A stretch of DNA of 64,000 bases from Tubiluchus corallicola (Eukaryota; Animalia; Priapulida). A program made the translations under genes and the position numbers. Location: NCBI GenBank assembly GCA_030141605.1, contig JAQGDQ010000555.1, positions 1 to 64,000 on the forward strand, given 5' to 3'. The notes beneath the pieces were generated by a model, which searched no databases, had not been told where the DNA came from, and saw nothing but the letters and a program-made list of their open reading frames with translations. Positions 1 to 13,921 of this stretch are shown here, piece by piece (the stretch's first letter is position 1; each line of letters starts with the position of its first letter).

Positions 1-533
1 AACAGGTAATGCTATAATACAGAACACTAAACAGGTAATGCTATAATACAGAACACTAAACAGGTAATGCTATAATACAGAACACTAAACAGGTAATGCT
101 ATAATACAGAACACTAAACAGGTAATGCTATAATACAGAACACTAAACAGGTAATGCTATAATACAGAACACTAAACAGGTAATGCTATAATACAGAACA
201 CTAAACAGGTAATGCTATAATACAGAACACTAAACAGGTAATGCTATAATACAGAACACTAAACAGAAAATGCTATAATACAGAACACTAAACAGGTAAT
301 GCTATAATACAGAACACTAAACAGAAAATGCTATAATACAGAACACTAAACAGGTAATGCTATAATACAGAACACTAAACAGGTAATGCTATAATACAGA
401 ACACTAAACAGGTAATGCTATAATACAGAACACTAAACAGAAAATGCTATAATACAGAACACTAAACAGGTAATGCTATAATACAGAACACTAAACAGGT
501 AATGCTATAATACAGAACACTAAACAGAAAATG
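1..533. repeat. 29-bp tandem minisatellite (AACAGGTAATGCTATAATACAGAACACTA)n, ~18 copies, runs off left edge
   Basis: Head-to-tail near-identical units with a GTA>AAA variant; no spacers. Confidence 0.97.
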
Positions 534-1102
534 TGCAGCACAAAAGATCATCGAAGATACAGCATAACTTTTGAGACATTTTATACTGTTGTCCCATTTG
601 AGACGTGACTGTGGACCTTTTCTAAAATGCGCTGATTTATCTCATCAATTTTTTACAGAACTCGCAATAACCTGTACTCGAAAACTTCAAACTCAAGCAA
701 CTCTATTTGAACAGTCTCACCAGTCTATTAGTTATTAATTTAAGCATAGTAAATTTAAAAACTTGCTTTAATTAGTAAACTAAACTAACATGAAACTAAA
801 ACCACATTTTTTTTACTGTTTTCTATAAATAATTATCCTTGTGTTCAATTTTTATTTGTAAGAAAAATTCTACCCTCCAAACTGGATAAAATGCCAGTAT
901 AAAGCTACGACACCATGTGCACGTATTGCGTAATGCGTGATGCGTACTGACTGTTTCCATATGTCTGTAAATGCTATGCATATTAACAAAGCTCACGGTG
1001 CTCTTCCCACCATTTTGGTCACTATTCGTGAAAATTGCAAGCAATAATTTTTATAAACAATGTCTCTGTCGAAATTAAGCAATAGTCTATAAAATAACTT
1101 AC

Positions 1103-1178
1103 CTTGTGCATGGACATGCACTATATCAAGTAATCCAATAATGAGTAATACAAATGCTACGCTTTTCAATGCCTGCAT
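1103..1178 (-). CDS. First coding exon (signal peptide MQALKSVAFVLLIIGLLDIVHVHAQ) of a secreted/membrane protein continuing beyond the left edge
   Basis: ATG at 1178; classic n/h/c signal peptide; strong phase-1 donor CAAG|GTAAGT at 1102; upstream acceptor TTGCAG| at 1196. Confidence 0.7.
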
Positions 1179-1330
1179 TGCTTTTTCCAATCAGCCTGCA
1201 ATGAGAGACTGTTTAGAAGTTACTCTTAATTGACTTTCATTTCAAAATTTCAATCTTGAACTGGAATAAAGATGGAAAGGTGCTGGGTTAATTGCAGACC
1301 GTCCTATTATGACTGTTAAAAACATAACTT

Positions 1331-1863
1331 TGCAATGTTAACTAAGGTTCAGATTGGCTATAAAATCAACATGCAATGTTAACTAAGGTTCAGATTGGCT
1401 ATAAAATCAACATGCAATGCTAACTAAGGTTCAGATTGGCTATAAAATCAACATGCAATGCTAACTAAGGTTCAGATTGGCTATAAAATCAACATGCAAT
1501 GTTAACTAAGGTTCAGATTGGCTATAAAATCAACATGCAATGTTAACTAAGGTTCAGATTGGCTATAAAATCAACATGCAATGTTAACTAAGGTTCAGAT
1601 TGGCTATAAAATCAACATGCAATGCTAACTAAGGTTCAGATTGGCTATAAAATCAACATGCAATGTTAGCTAAGGTTCAGATTGGCTATAAAATCAACAT
1701 GCAATGCTAACTAAGGTTCAGATTGGCTATAAAATCAACATGCAATGCTAACTAAGGTTCAGATTGGCTATAAAATCAACATGCAATGCTAACTAAGGTT
1801 GAGATTGGCTATAAAATCAACATGCAATGCTAACTAAGGTTCAGATTGGCTATAAAATCAACA
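1331..1863. repeat. 41-bp tandem minisatellite (TGCAATGYTAACTAAGGTTCAGATTGGCTATAAAATCAACA)n, ~13 copies
   Basis: Direct tandem units, nearly identical. Confidence 0.97.
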
Positions 1864-2838
1864 ACACGATTCGACTTTTAAAATTTTACATGGACTGGGA
1901 TCCTTATCCCCTACTAGCGATGTGATTTAGCAGTCACAGGTAGTGGAAAGACCAAAATGAGTGAAGATGTCAAAATTATCATTAGCATTAAACATTCATT
2001 TTTTGAACTTTTGAATAAAAAAAATTACAGCTTTATAAATTTATAACTGCTAAGCACTGATGTGGTGTAATTCTGTATTTACAAGACTTGTGTGAAAATT
2101 ATCTGTAATTAGCAAAACAAAACAAAAAACTCTCAGTAGCATAAATTAGCTGCTACACAAACCATTTACGAGGTTCACCAAGCAGTTAAGGAACAGTTAT
2201 GTATCACCTGAAAAATGGAATATCTAAAATGCAAATGCATGTGTTTGCCAAAGCAAAAATTGAAGTACAACTTTAGTGTACAACATTCAGTGTAATATAC
2301 AAAAACTCGGCAAATTTCAAGTTTCCTGCTGTGCTCACAACTTCACACAAGTACAGTACATACCTTTTTTTAAAAAACACATTTGCAAGATCCAGGTGCT
2401 GGCACCCATCTAGATAGTTTGCAAATGGCAAAATCCACGTAGCAGTGAAGAACTAGATGTATGAAAACGAAATTAAATTGCTACAGAAATTCCAATAATT
2501 CTTTCACGTGTCATTCTAAAAAACAATGTGTTTCCTTTCAATATTTTATAGAATAGATTGTTTGAACAATAGTACCAAAAGAAAGAACTAGTCACTCAGT
2601 ATGTTCGGTTTATTCTACTGTTATCACTTAAACTTAGAAAAATATATAAAACAAATTTGCAAAGAACTGTCTATAAAGCATAAATTTAAAATATATTATT
2701 TCTGAATAGAAATTTTTAGGTGTGGTGGTTGCCGCCATTCACTTAAAAAGCATGACGCAACTAAGAGACAGTGACTTTTTGTAAGCATGCCGTGGCCTTT
2801 AGTAAGCGAGCTGCCTAAGCTAATTCAAACTTCTGCAG

Positions 2839-2980
2839 CTTACCTAAAGCTTACGCTAAACTATTACAAAATTAGCTAATGTAAAAACTTAATTATCTTT
2901 TGAGAAAAATAGTCAGTATGCTGCTTTTCTTCAAGACGAATGACGTCATTGGAAGAATAGGCTTTGAAAATGGAAGTGCC
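2839..2980 (-). promoter_or_regulatory. Candidate promoter / non-coding first exon of the left-edge gene
   Basis: Minus-strand donor AG|GTAAGC at 2843; perfect CRE palindrome TGACGTCA at 2941-2948; GGAAGTG (ETS-type) at 2972-2978. Motif-only evidence. Confidence 0.3.
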
Positions 2981-5920
2981 CAAGCACGAAGTGGTCGCGA
3001 CTTCTAGGTGATTTTACTAATTACACGAGGCTCTCACTGGAGTTTTATTGCTAAAGCCTTCTAACATTTTTGCAAACACTGAAATAAGTCTAACCACTTA
3101 GAAGGCCTGACCCTTCCTTCAAGACTGGGTCCGGTTTTGACTGCATTTTTCGTACATTTCACAACACTTCACAAACAAATTCTCAGCAAATATCAGTGAA
3201 AAATCCTTGGCTTCTACTTGTTGTTGTATTAAATGCCCACGTGTTGCATTTAAATTTTCATAATAGAATTAGGCGTATTAGACAAGGCCTTTTGACAGAT
3301 ATAATAATGGTGTGACTTGTAACTGAATTACAAAATCATCAGAGCACCTGGTACCATGTTTTTGCAGTAGTCTAAAAGTATAAAACAACAAAACGCTTAA
3401 AACTTCCGTTAGAACACAAGCATAGATCAAATAGCTTCGTTTGCGAGCGTCCTTCACAACGACAGAATGGCCGTCGCCAACGATTATTAAACTTTTTCCA
3501 CGCCCCTGCCATGTTCGTTTGCTCTAGCTACTGTATCTACCTGCTGCTCTGTCAGATTATTTTGCGAATTAAATTGCGGGTTTAATTTTTATCATTTTTA
3601 TACTTGTGCGTGTTTTAATAGCTCAGTGTTAGTGCTAACCTAAGACGAGACCAAAATGTCTAAGATTTTTGTAGAGCAATTAAATGAATTAATAGGGAAG
3701 TGACGTGAAGTCCATACATGCAAGACATGAACTGCATGCCTCTAATTTTCAGCAAACAATTATGATGTAAAAGTGCCTTCTCAATTTTTCTAATATTTAA
3801 TTATTGCGGCTAATATTCATTAGCATTATACGGTCGTGTTGTATTATAACGTTGAATAACACAAAGCCTGGAAGTATTATAATAAATTATTGTACTTTGA
3901 AGAATACCATAATAAACATATATTATATGATTGACCATGTGCTCACGCAATGTGCACGGTTCATTACAGGGCAGGTGCTGGAAGCATGCCATTGCTTTGA
4001 TGTAATGTGGTAATATACATTTATTGGCCCAAAAAGGTTGTGCAATGGAACATAATTAAGTCTAATAAAAGGATCCCCTCTCTGGTTTTGCGTCATACTG
4101 CAGACTAGGCTATTCTTGAGAACACCTCCTCTCTGTGTAACATGTTAAGCAAATTTTCTTGTAGAAAGAATTCTCAGCATTTACTCATAACCTTTTTTCG
4201 AATTGTTTTTAAACTCAATAGATTTATTTCGCAATAAATAAATGCTTGTGCATTATAAGTACATTGATAATAAATTTTTGTTAACACATAATTGGAGAGA
4301 TCTAAGAAACTAGCTAGAAGAAGTTAGGCCAACTAGAATTAGTAGCGAGAAAAATAACAACGTAATATTATTGCATCAGTAGTTGCACTTCATGCGAGAA
4401 GTGCATCTGCCTTGTGCAGTAACCTTTGGTAAAGAAAGTCATTGGGTAACATAATTCCCTTACGAATCATGACGTATAATTTGTAGTAAAGGAAAGCTGT
4501 GTTAAATAATGATTTTGATTAAATTGGCGATTAAATTATTAAATTAGTATTTCAAGATTAAATGTTTGACGATGCAAGATTAAACTATCGTCGTGGCTAG
4601 AAGCCTGGTTAGGTGTGGCACCATGTGACCAGCTGATGTTCTGGTTGACTCAGAAGTAAAAATGGATGATGTAATCCTTGTGCGCAGAAGCTCACGGCGC
4701 ATTAGGTAGTTAGACAAAGGTGTTTTGAGGCCCGCACCTCGGGGAAGATGAGGAACTGACTTGAAGGTGGAGGGCTGGCATCACTATCCTCTTATATTTA
4801 CCGTGTTGTATTTGATATTTAATAAATGTGTTGCTATTAAATAAAGTCTTGATAGTTTGCCATGCCCACCGTGGCTACCTCACACGCCACACAATAAACA
4901 ACAGTAATCAGCAAGCAGCTTTAACCACAAGAGTAAATAAACTTTAAACCAAATTATTTTTACTTTTGTTAGTACATCGTTCTGCAACTGATACAGTTCG
5001 TTTGTCCAAAGAGGAGTAGCGGTAAGAATGACAGTTCATCACGCCCATCACATACTAGGAATAATATTGCAGTTTCAACAGTTTTAGTAACAAAGATCAT
5101 TGATTTTAATGAGGGCTTTCTATGGAAGTGGCAAGCTTCCATTGCTACTGCGGCACAATTAAAGTTCGTGCAATTTTTGATGATTTGTAGGCCTAACCGA
5201 GAAAGCATGCTTCCCTCTAGACGAGAGTGTTAAACTTCACCTAATTATAAAGTGTGCATATGAACGAATTTTAATGTCAAAATAATTAGTGATTAAAAAT
5301 CTTTATTTGCCATTAAAAACATTGATAATCACTGATAAAAACTTTACAGAGATAATATGTAAATCAATCAGTGTTAGTTAATAAAAACTTACACTGCTGA
5401 AGGCAAATGCGTCAGTGCAATCTAAACTACTGTGCAGTAATGACGAATAAAATCAAACATATTTACAACCATACACAAAAAAATAAAAAAAAACTATGAT
5501 TTAATTAATATGGCCGTGGGTATATGAATTCTGAAATAGTGTGTATGTTGTCGTACTGGTGTGATGGTATTTCATATCTGGTTAATATTAAAAAACAACA
5601 AACAAAAAACCAAAAACAACAGATTGATTACTATTTATTTCAGCAAAAAGGCCATAAAAACATACAACTAAAATTTACAATGACTAAAACTATTATTAGA
5701 AAACAGAGTACAAATATTTAAGATTTACAAAGTCACCAAGAATTAAGACATTGATCCACAATTTAAAAAAATTAGATTTAAACTGCACGAAATAGTTTAC
5801 AACAGAAAACAAAAAAATGTTATCAAAATTAAAAATTGCTGCCTTATACTGTACTAGCATTTTCTTCTCAAATGCAAGAAATGCTTAGACTAAGGTTAAA
5901 ACGCATGGCAGATGTGTGTG

Positions 5921-7033
5921 GGGAATTGACGTCAAACATATTGGTCTATCGCTCCGCCCCCGCTGCAACGTAAGCACACTCAGCAGCATTCAGGACAACA
6001 GCTCATGCTGAACAACAACTGTCTAAGGCTAAACTAAACTAAACTAAACAACATGACAGTCATTTCTAATGTCTAATCAGAAGATAAACTGATTGCTTTC
6101 TTGCTTAAACACAAATATGCAGGGCAGCAGCTATTTTTAAACAAAATTTACACTTCAAGTAGCCTAAAATGACTTTTCAATTTAAACAGAATATAGAGAC
6201 GAATTTTCATACCACTACAAATTACAGAGACATAAGTATAATAAAGAAACTAAGCCAGTTAGCCTTGTTTTACAATAAATGAGCAAAAAAATATTTAGTT
6301 TCTCTTGCCTTTAAACATACGAACATCAAGACAGCGATGTATTTTTCGATATTAACTGATCATGTGCTCGTCTGCAAGATTTATTAAGTTTCTGTATTTT
6401 TCCGTTTGTCAGGTTACGGAAATGGAATAAATTTGACTGTTCCATTCCATAGACGACCCTTATATTGAATACCCGAGTCACATAAGTCCTAATGGTACCT
6501 TTTAACCTTGATTATAACCAGAAAAATAGCGTAAAATTACCTAAAATTACATTGATGTATATTAGTTACACACAAGTTTTGACCACATTTAAATTAATTT
6601 CGATCGTGAAGATCTCATTGAAGTTTATAACAACTGGCCAGAAAAGAAACATTTTGTTTTGTCCTTATTTAAAGTTGATCAAATAGTTGTTTTTATCTAA
6701 GTTGCAAGGCCATAAAAACTGCGTATTTTCCTGACTGCAAAATGGTTTAATCAGCAACTCATAGACGTAAACATTGTGCATTTCTTCCTATAAACGAAAT
6801 TAGACTATATATTTCCACCAATGCACTTGCAATTTCAATTGACAATATTAAAACCTAGAACCAAGCCAATATTTCCCTGGCCAATTACTGAAAAAATGAA
6901 CATTTTTCATAACAGTCTTAGACGGGGCTGTAGTTAAATGTCCTGAATGCACCTGCTGCAGGAGGGTGTGAAATAACTTGCACGTTGATTGGGCAGTCAA
7001 CGAAAATGATTGACATTATGTTGTACATCAATT
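5921..7033. mobile_element. Non-autonomous DNA transposon with terminal inverted repeats (copy 1)
   Basis: Left TIR GGGAATTGACGTCAAACATA (5921-5940); degenerate right TIR TATGTTGTACATCAATT (~7017-7033); body shared with 55576-56214. Confidence 0.7.
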
Positions 7034-7369
7034 GTAAACTTTAGTCACGCAATATATAGGGCCTATATCTACATGTACGACCTCACTGCAGGCCTAGAAT
7101 TCAGCACTATATTATGCTATTAATATATCACGTATTATATATAACACGTGCAATTATATATCCTTAATACCATAATTATAGACCCTCGCATAAAACATTT
7201 CAGTAAATATTTATAATAATTGAGGTTCATAGTAACAAAATTTATTCACTGGGATTATTAGATTACTTTAATAGAAAAGTATTAAAAATTATATGCAAAC
7301 TTTAATTCATAAACATAAGAACAAGAACTTTTGCAAACTTTACGATAGAACTATGACAAATTTTCCTGT

Positions 7370-7371
<2 letters not shown>

Positions 7372-7434
<63 letters not shown>
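7372..7434. repeat. (AAT)n microsatellite
   Basis: Perfect trinucleotide run. Confidence 0.97.
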
Positions 7435-7435
<1 letters not shown>

Positions 7436-7849
7436 GCTCTAATTCACAAAATAAACAAAAGTACAGTTAACATATCACACACTTAAATAAACAACGCATA
7501 CAAGAACACGTTCCTGTAAATACAGGACTCTTTTTAAGCGTAGTTGATTAGAAAATACCATAATTTATAACAGTTATACCCAGTTTTTCAATGGAGTGAA
7601 TAGAATTTAATAGTGTTGAACAATTGTGATATTTGTTTACTCTGGTGCATAATAGCGTTCTACATAGTTCTAAATAAGAAACTAATGCCTTAAGGCCTGG
7701 CACTTAATTGTTTCATTAATCATTGTTTCAAAACTATAATATTCTAACTTGTAGTGTCTTGTGGACAATGATATTTTTCTACATGTTCAAACCTTGAAAT
7801 TAGAAAATATCTAATAGCTTCTCTTTCTGTTTCATTGAAGTTAGAAACT

Positions 7850-8498
7850 ATGCTTCTTTATCTATTGTGTGTATTCATGTTTCACGTTTTTAACAAAAGT
7901 GCTATCAGTGATCCGGTTAGACCGACTGAACCAGAATGGACAGTTGATATGATACAGTTCTCATGCGAATTTGTGCCAAGAAAATGTTATTTTGAAGTTT
8001 CCGTCTCCAAGCGCCGTCCTAAACGTGAATGCATTATTTGGTGTGGTGATCAATTCAAACCTCACCTTGATTATCCTATATTGAATGACATTATGAAACG
8101 TGTCTCCACGAGAGTTGAAACAATGACTATTAAAAAGTATGCTGAATCCAGGTTGTATCCTGAATTACTTGATGGAAAACAAATAACTGAGTTAGTCATT
8201 GACGAATCTGAAATTGAAAAAATTGGTGAAAACGATTTGTCAGAAAACCTCACAGACAAATTTTATTTGCAAAACAGTTACAAATTAATTGAAGTACACC
8301 CTAAAGCTTTTTCAAAACTGAAAACTGTACAGATCATTTATTTTCTCAAAGCACCAAAGTTGGATATAGATCACCTTGATTTTTCGAGCAACCCAGCTCT
8401 GAAAGAGATCATGATAAAAAACACTAGCACAGATTACTTGAACATGTTCACTCTGCATCCACATAGGAAAACGGAGAGATTTAGCATAATGTTATACG
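7850..8498 (+). CDS. Multi-module LRR surface protein, exon 1 (signal peptide, Cys cap, LRR module 1)
   Basis: ATG 7850; signal peptide MLLYLLCVFMFHVFNKSAIS; LxxIxPxAFxxL-type LRRs; phase-1 donor ACG|GTGAG at 8499. Confidence 0.88.
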
Positions 8499-9402
8499 GT
8501 GAGCTCATTTTTTTTTATTCAACCTTTATTGTGTTTTCAAAAAGTATTTGAGAAATCGAATGAACTGGATGAGAGTGAATACACAATAACACAAAGTGTG
8601 TTATGTTTGCTTTTGTATTCTTGTAACATTAGATGTGTCAATTCCTATTGTCTGATGTATTCATTTGTATGTTTTTCAGTAAATATTTTCTTTACAATTA
8701 CATTTGTTTGCATTCAACCCGATAAATAATTTAATTAATTGTACATAAAGAATGACAGTGATCTTCTGTAGCGAACATTACAGAACTTCTGTCTTTTGAT
8801 TTATCAGGTTGTTTACCAAAAGTTGTTGTCAAAACTTTCATCTGTGCTGCTGCCATTGGTGATTTGAGCAGTAATTTGCTTTAACTAGTTCATTCGTCAG
8901 CTTGTTTGCCAAAGTGATTCGAGTATTGTTCTTGCTATTTGTTTGTCACGCAACGTTTCAATTTTTGAAAACCAGAATGAAGGTTTTGACGAAAAATTGC
9001 TAAACCATACTTATTGTCAAAAGAGCCGCAAAAGTGTTGTTATTGCTAAGAAGTAATTTGGTTTTAAGATGTAAAATTCGCGTTCTGAAGTTTTTTAAGA
9101 AAACGTGATGCATTTGCTTTTAGGAACAAAGGAACTAGGCAATTTTCTTAAGCGACTTTTACTAGCTATCAAAATGCTATAGTCACTGATGGCAGTGTAC
9201 TAATCAATAGTTACAAAGACGTCATCTTTTGACCTTTAAAAACAAGAATTCTTCTCTCTCAATTTCTTGTTAAGAATTTTCTCTTGTGTATAACAGCCAA
9301 TCTAACAGAGCCAAACAATCTCTTTGGCGATTAAAAATACAATATTTTTATCTTTTGACAATTGTGTAATGATGACAACCAACCATTACTCTTCTCTTTC
9401 AG

Positions 9403-10122
9403 GAAATCCGCTTATTTGTAACTGTTCAATGCGGTGGACAAAGGCTTTTACGTGGTATTTTTCTAGAGTAGAATGCAAGGAACCTCCAAGGGTGATTCCT
9501 CCAATTAGTCTTGAAGACTTTGAAGTAATATGCAACAACACTGAACCAACCAAAATAACCATTATCCATCCTACATGGACAGATCCTCCTACACGCCCAC
9601 CAGAACCACAGCCATGCGGCCCAGAGTTACCAGTATGTCGCTTTTTGAATACAGATCCGTGTCAGATTCAGTGCGGTTGGTTTTTCAGACTTAATTTTGC
9701 AAATTTGGATGTGATAGAAAAAACCGTTCCCGATTATTTAGATGCGTTGTACATTAGTAATTACATAGAAAAGCGACTACCAATTGCATTTTTGCAATAC
9801 AAAGTAATCAACATCTTCGAACTGAAATACAGCAGTATAGAGAGTGTTGGCTTTGCGGAAATTGGTTGCCAAGTTGAGAAAGATATCAAAATCAGAGGCT
9901 GCAACAATCTGATCTACGTCGACCCAAGGGCGTTTGAATTACAGCCTTATGTTAAATACATATTAATTTCAGATGCTCCACGTCTGACGTCTTTGAATTT
10001 GATCTTACAGAATTGTCATTATTTGCAAACGCTTGTAATAGACAAAACTGGCATCACGCGAATGGATATGCCAGAATTTCATCCAAGCAGAACTCCAAAC
10101 GAATTAATCATAAGACTTACAG
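9403..10122 (+). CDS. Multi-module LRR protein, exon 2 (LRRCT GNPLICNC, Pro/Thr linker, module 2)
   Basis: Acceptor TTTCAG|GA; 720 nt, phase 1-1; donor CAG|GTAAAG. Confidence 0.9.
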
Positions 10123-10182
10123 GTAAAGTAGGTAATAATGTGCCTCGAATAAGGCCATTAATAGCCGGATTATATAATAATA

Positions 10183-10214
<32 letters not shown>

Positions 10215-11076
10215 GATATTATATACATTATATGTTATATTGTAACAGTTATAATTTGACTGCGCAACTGCTTGTTGTGTAATACCTTCCACCTGTTCGT
10301 TATGTGGCACTTATATAAAAGTAGCTGCCTTTCGTGTGTTAAATAGTGCGGCATTTACATGAAGTATACATATTTTCCGAGGAGAATAAGATTTTTTTTC
10401 TGAAATGAGAAACCTTGGCGCCCTACGCTATAGCTTTGTTGCCCCCGGTTATGAGCTTGTCTTAGAAATCTTGTTCAGATGTCATGTGGTGTGGAGGCCT
10501 ATGTGCTTGTATTTCTCATAATTTTTTGATGTTTTATGTTTTATTATATCACAGGTTTAACGTGCATCGCTTTATTCAAACGTGGCGCCAGAAATAGCCA
10601 TTTCTGATTTTCCCCCAACAGCCGTGAATCGGGGGCGGGGAGGGTGTATCCCCTGCTACCAAGTTATCGTCCCTTTAAACAGCAAATAAAAAAACAAAAT
10701 TCTGGAGGACGTTACATGAAATTAAGATAACCCATTAAAGACAATACTCAAAAATAAAAATTATTAATATCACTTTAGCATTTTGCTTGAGATTGTTTAG
10801 GTGTGAGTTATCAGAGATATGAAATTTTAAGTTCTTGATCCACAGCGCTATGTTAAGTTTTATATTCGAATAGAGTCCCTTTGAAGAAGCAGCCATAACA
10901 TCTAAAGGAAAATGCTCAAAATTTTCAAACTTCAAAAAGCAGCTGTACTCCTTTGGGCGTGACTTATTTTATTTAATAAACAAGTTACTTTGAAGTACAT
11001 CTATTTATAGTAAGTTGAGCTGCACAAGACTCAAATTTCATTGCACATAAGAACGCAATGGATTTTATATTTACAG

Positions 11077-11742
11077 GAAATCCATTACAATGTGATTGTA
11101 GCATGGAGTGGACTAAAGCACACGATTGGAAAGAATCAGCTATCGATTGTAAGGATCCACCAGTAAATCATACAACAAGAGAAATACAAATTGGAGAATT
11201 CATTGGATGTTTAACGGTTGACTGTGGCATCGTGCTTCATGAGTGCATTGTTGTTGAATATCTTGATAATTTAACTGGTTGTTTTGTTGCGTGTGGATAT
11301 TATGATCCACTTTTCACAATTGACATGGAGGAAATCGTAGAAGAACTCCCTCACTGGACTAGATATGTCTATATTGCTAATTTTCAGGAAAAGGAACTTC
11401 CAGATCGCTTTCTTGCAGGAAAAACTGTCGACACTTTGGAAATTACGGATTCAAAACTAGAAACAATTGGAAAAATAGCAATTCGTGGAACGATTAGGAT
11501 TGCTCTCATTTTGAAACGCCTTCCTGAATTAACTGTTCTCGACCCAAAATCATTTTACTGGATAAACACTGTTGAAAATATAATCATCCTAAACTGTCGC
11601 AAATTAGAAACTATAAATTTGGATTTGTCTAATAATCGTCAATTAAGTGTAATTGACATTGAAAAAACTGGAATGATGCACATGGAAAAACCAAAATTGC
11701 ACATGTATTATGACTCCAAGAACATTCAACTCAAGCTGAAAG
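11077..11742 (+). CDS. Multi-module LRR protein, exon 3 (LRRCT GNPLQCDC, module 3)
   Basis: Acceptor TTACAG|GA; 666 nt, phase 1-1; donor AAG|GTAGCG. Confidence 0.9.
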
Positions 11743-12022
11743 GTAGCGACAATACTGAATTTTTTAAAGAATTTCTTAATTTACTACCGTACCATGTCTC
11801 ACTGCTATTTCAACAGCTACTAGATCCTGAGTTAAAATTTAAGTTGATGATGATGTTGTTTTGATGATGATGATGATGATGATGACACAATGATGATGGT
11901 AATAGTTTTACAAAAATGAAAATGCTGTCTTTTTTATTTGCTGCAATATATTACCAGATACCAACTGTTTTTCATAAAATTTCTGTGGAGAACTTATTGT
12001 TATGAACTTAATTGTATTACAG

Positions 12023-12748
12023 GAAATAGACTTCTTTGCAATTGTTATTTGAAGTGGGCTGAAAGTGAACATTGGCACAAATCAAGTAAGGTTGAGTGTT
12101 ACAAGCAGTGCGATTGGCAGTTGTACTGTGTTAAATTTTCTATTGATGAAGTGAAAGAATCGTTAAAGGACTGTGTCTTGACTACAACAAAAGTACCTTC
12201 TGAATCAACAACGCATAATCCAGTATGTGATCTCACAATACCTGAATGTGATGTGTGGATAAATTGGCAACAAACTAAGAAATGTAATATAATATGTGGT
12301 GACTATGGTAGTGTTCTCTTCATGGACAAGTTGGTAGATATCTGGCATTCGTTGCCTCGGAGCACAAATCTTCTAAAAATTATCGATTACAAAGATAAAG
12401 AATTACCAAAAAAGTTTCTCAATCAGAAATCAGTAGAACAGTTGACAATAAGAAAGACAGATATTGAGACATTGGAAGCAGAAGCCATTTATGGAAATGT
12501 GACATCAATAATTGAACTATTCGATAACGAAAAGTTGAAATCAATCCAGCCAAAAGCATTTTATAAAATGAATTATGTGAAACAGATTGTCATTAGGAAT
12601 TGTAAGCAATTAGTATCCATGGAGATGGATTTATCAAACAACAAAGCCATTTTTGCCATTATAATTAGCGGAACAAATATATCACAAATGAAAAAGCCAA
12701 TTTTGCACAAGGATCAGTCGTACTCTAATGTCCTACTAGAAATAACAT
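12023..12748 (+). CDS. Multi-module LRR protein, exon 4 (LRRCT GNRLLCNC, Thr linker, module 4)
   Basis: Acceptor TTACAG|GA; 726 nt, phase 1-1; donor CAT|GTAAGT. Confidence 0.9.
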
Positions 12749-13673
12749 GTAAGTTTTCCTTATTTTGGCTTCTCTGTGCCCTGTTTGTGTTCTCTAACAT
12801 GTTATATGAGTTGACTGGAGAGTCATGAGAATCTTGTATATTGTTGTTTATTTTTAAACTTTTGGTATTCGGTAAAATAGCTGAAAAGTTGTATAGTCAA
12901 ATCATTACTAATGTTTATAAAGGTGGTTATTGCACTCACGGTAAATCACTCAGACTTTTCCTCCACATGCCCCACATAAAATCTTTTTAGATGCCGAGTT
13001 CATAATCGTAATATTATAATAATATTTATAATTGAGTAATCACATTTAATCAAGTAATCACATCCATGTAACCACAAATCACTGTTTTTCTCTATGCAAC
13101 ACAAATTTTCAGTTGCAGAAGTGGAAAAAATAAACTAGTTTTAGGGCTGAATCGTTGACCCAAAATGTTTATAAATTTATATATTTTTGGCACTGACGAT
13201 TATTAAACTTAGACAACCGTCGGCATTGAATTTTCTGAGCTGTAGTAGGATTGGTTTTACAGAGAAAAAATGGCTGAAAATTCAAGATGGCTTATCGTAA
13301 ATAAGTTAACCTTCAAGTCATGGCAACCACTTTAAATTTAGAAGCGCACAGATAATTTATAAGTACACATGAAGATTTAAGGTAGATTTTTTTTTCGACA
13401 TTTTTAAAATTTTAAACTTTAATAAGACGAAGTTTCTCTTTCGATTTCCACCGTTCACCATCAAGCCATTTACAAGCCAGAAACACTTCTGTTGTGATCT
13501 ACTCTTGTGACAGATTGTGTTTACTTTCGTTTATGAAATTTATTACAAAGCAAAATGTTGCACGAAGCTGTTAATGTTTGCAATTTCCAAGAAGAATAAG
13601 AAACTTTCTCAAAAGGTATCCTGGAGCCCATAATTATTGCTCTTTTCAATGCAAATCGTTTATTTTATTTTAG

Positions 13674-13921
13674 TGAGCAGTCTTGTTTGTAACTGCAGCA
13701 TGCAATGGACAAAAGGAAAACCATGGCTGTTTTCGACAATTGATTGTGCAGTGCCACCTATGAGTCATATGGATAGAGAGATTACAGTGGACGAGTTTTG
13801 TAAGGACACGTCAAAAGCAAATTTGATCTCTGGAAGTTCTCTGACTGAAACGCATTTCACATGTATTTTGTTGATTTTTACTATTACGTGCTACGGCCTG
13901 TGGTGGAATTATAAATCATAA
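13674..13921 (+). CDS. Multi-module LRR protein, exon 5 (last LRRCT plus hydrophobic C-terminus, GPI signal or TM)
   Basis: Acceptor TTTTAG|TG; SSLVCNCSMQW...HFTCILLIFTITCYGLWWNYKS*; joined CDS is 3009 nt (1002 aa); AATAAA near 14088. Confidence 0.85.

Noticed and set aside
4498-4893. Solo LTR (GC-richer island, TG…CA ends, AATAAA)
   Set aside because: No target-site duplication, PBS/PPT or second copy in the window.
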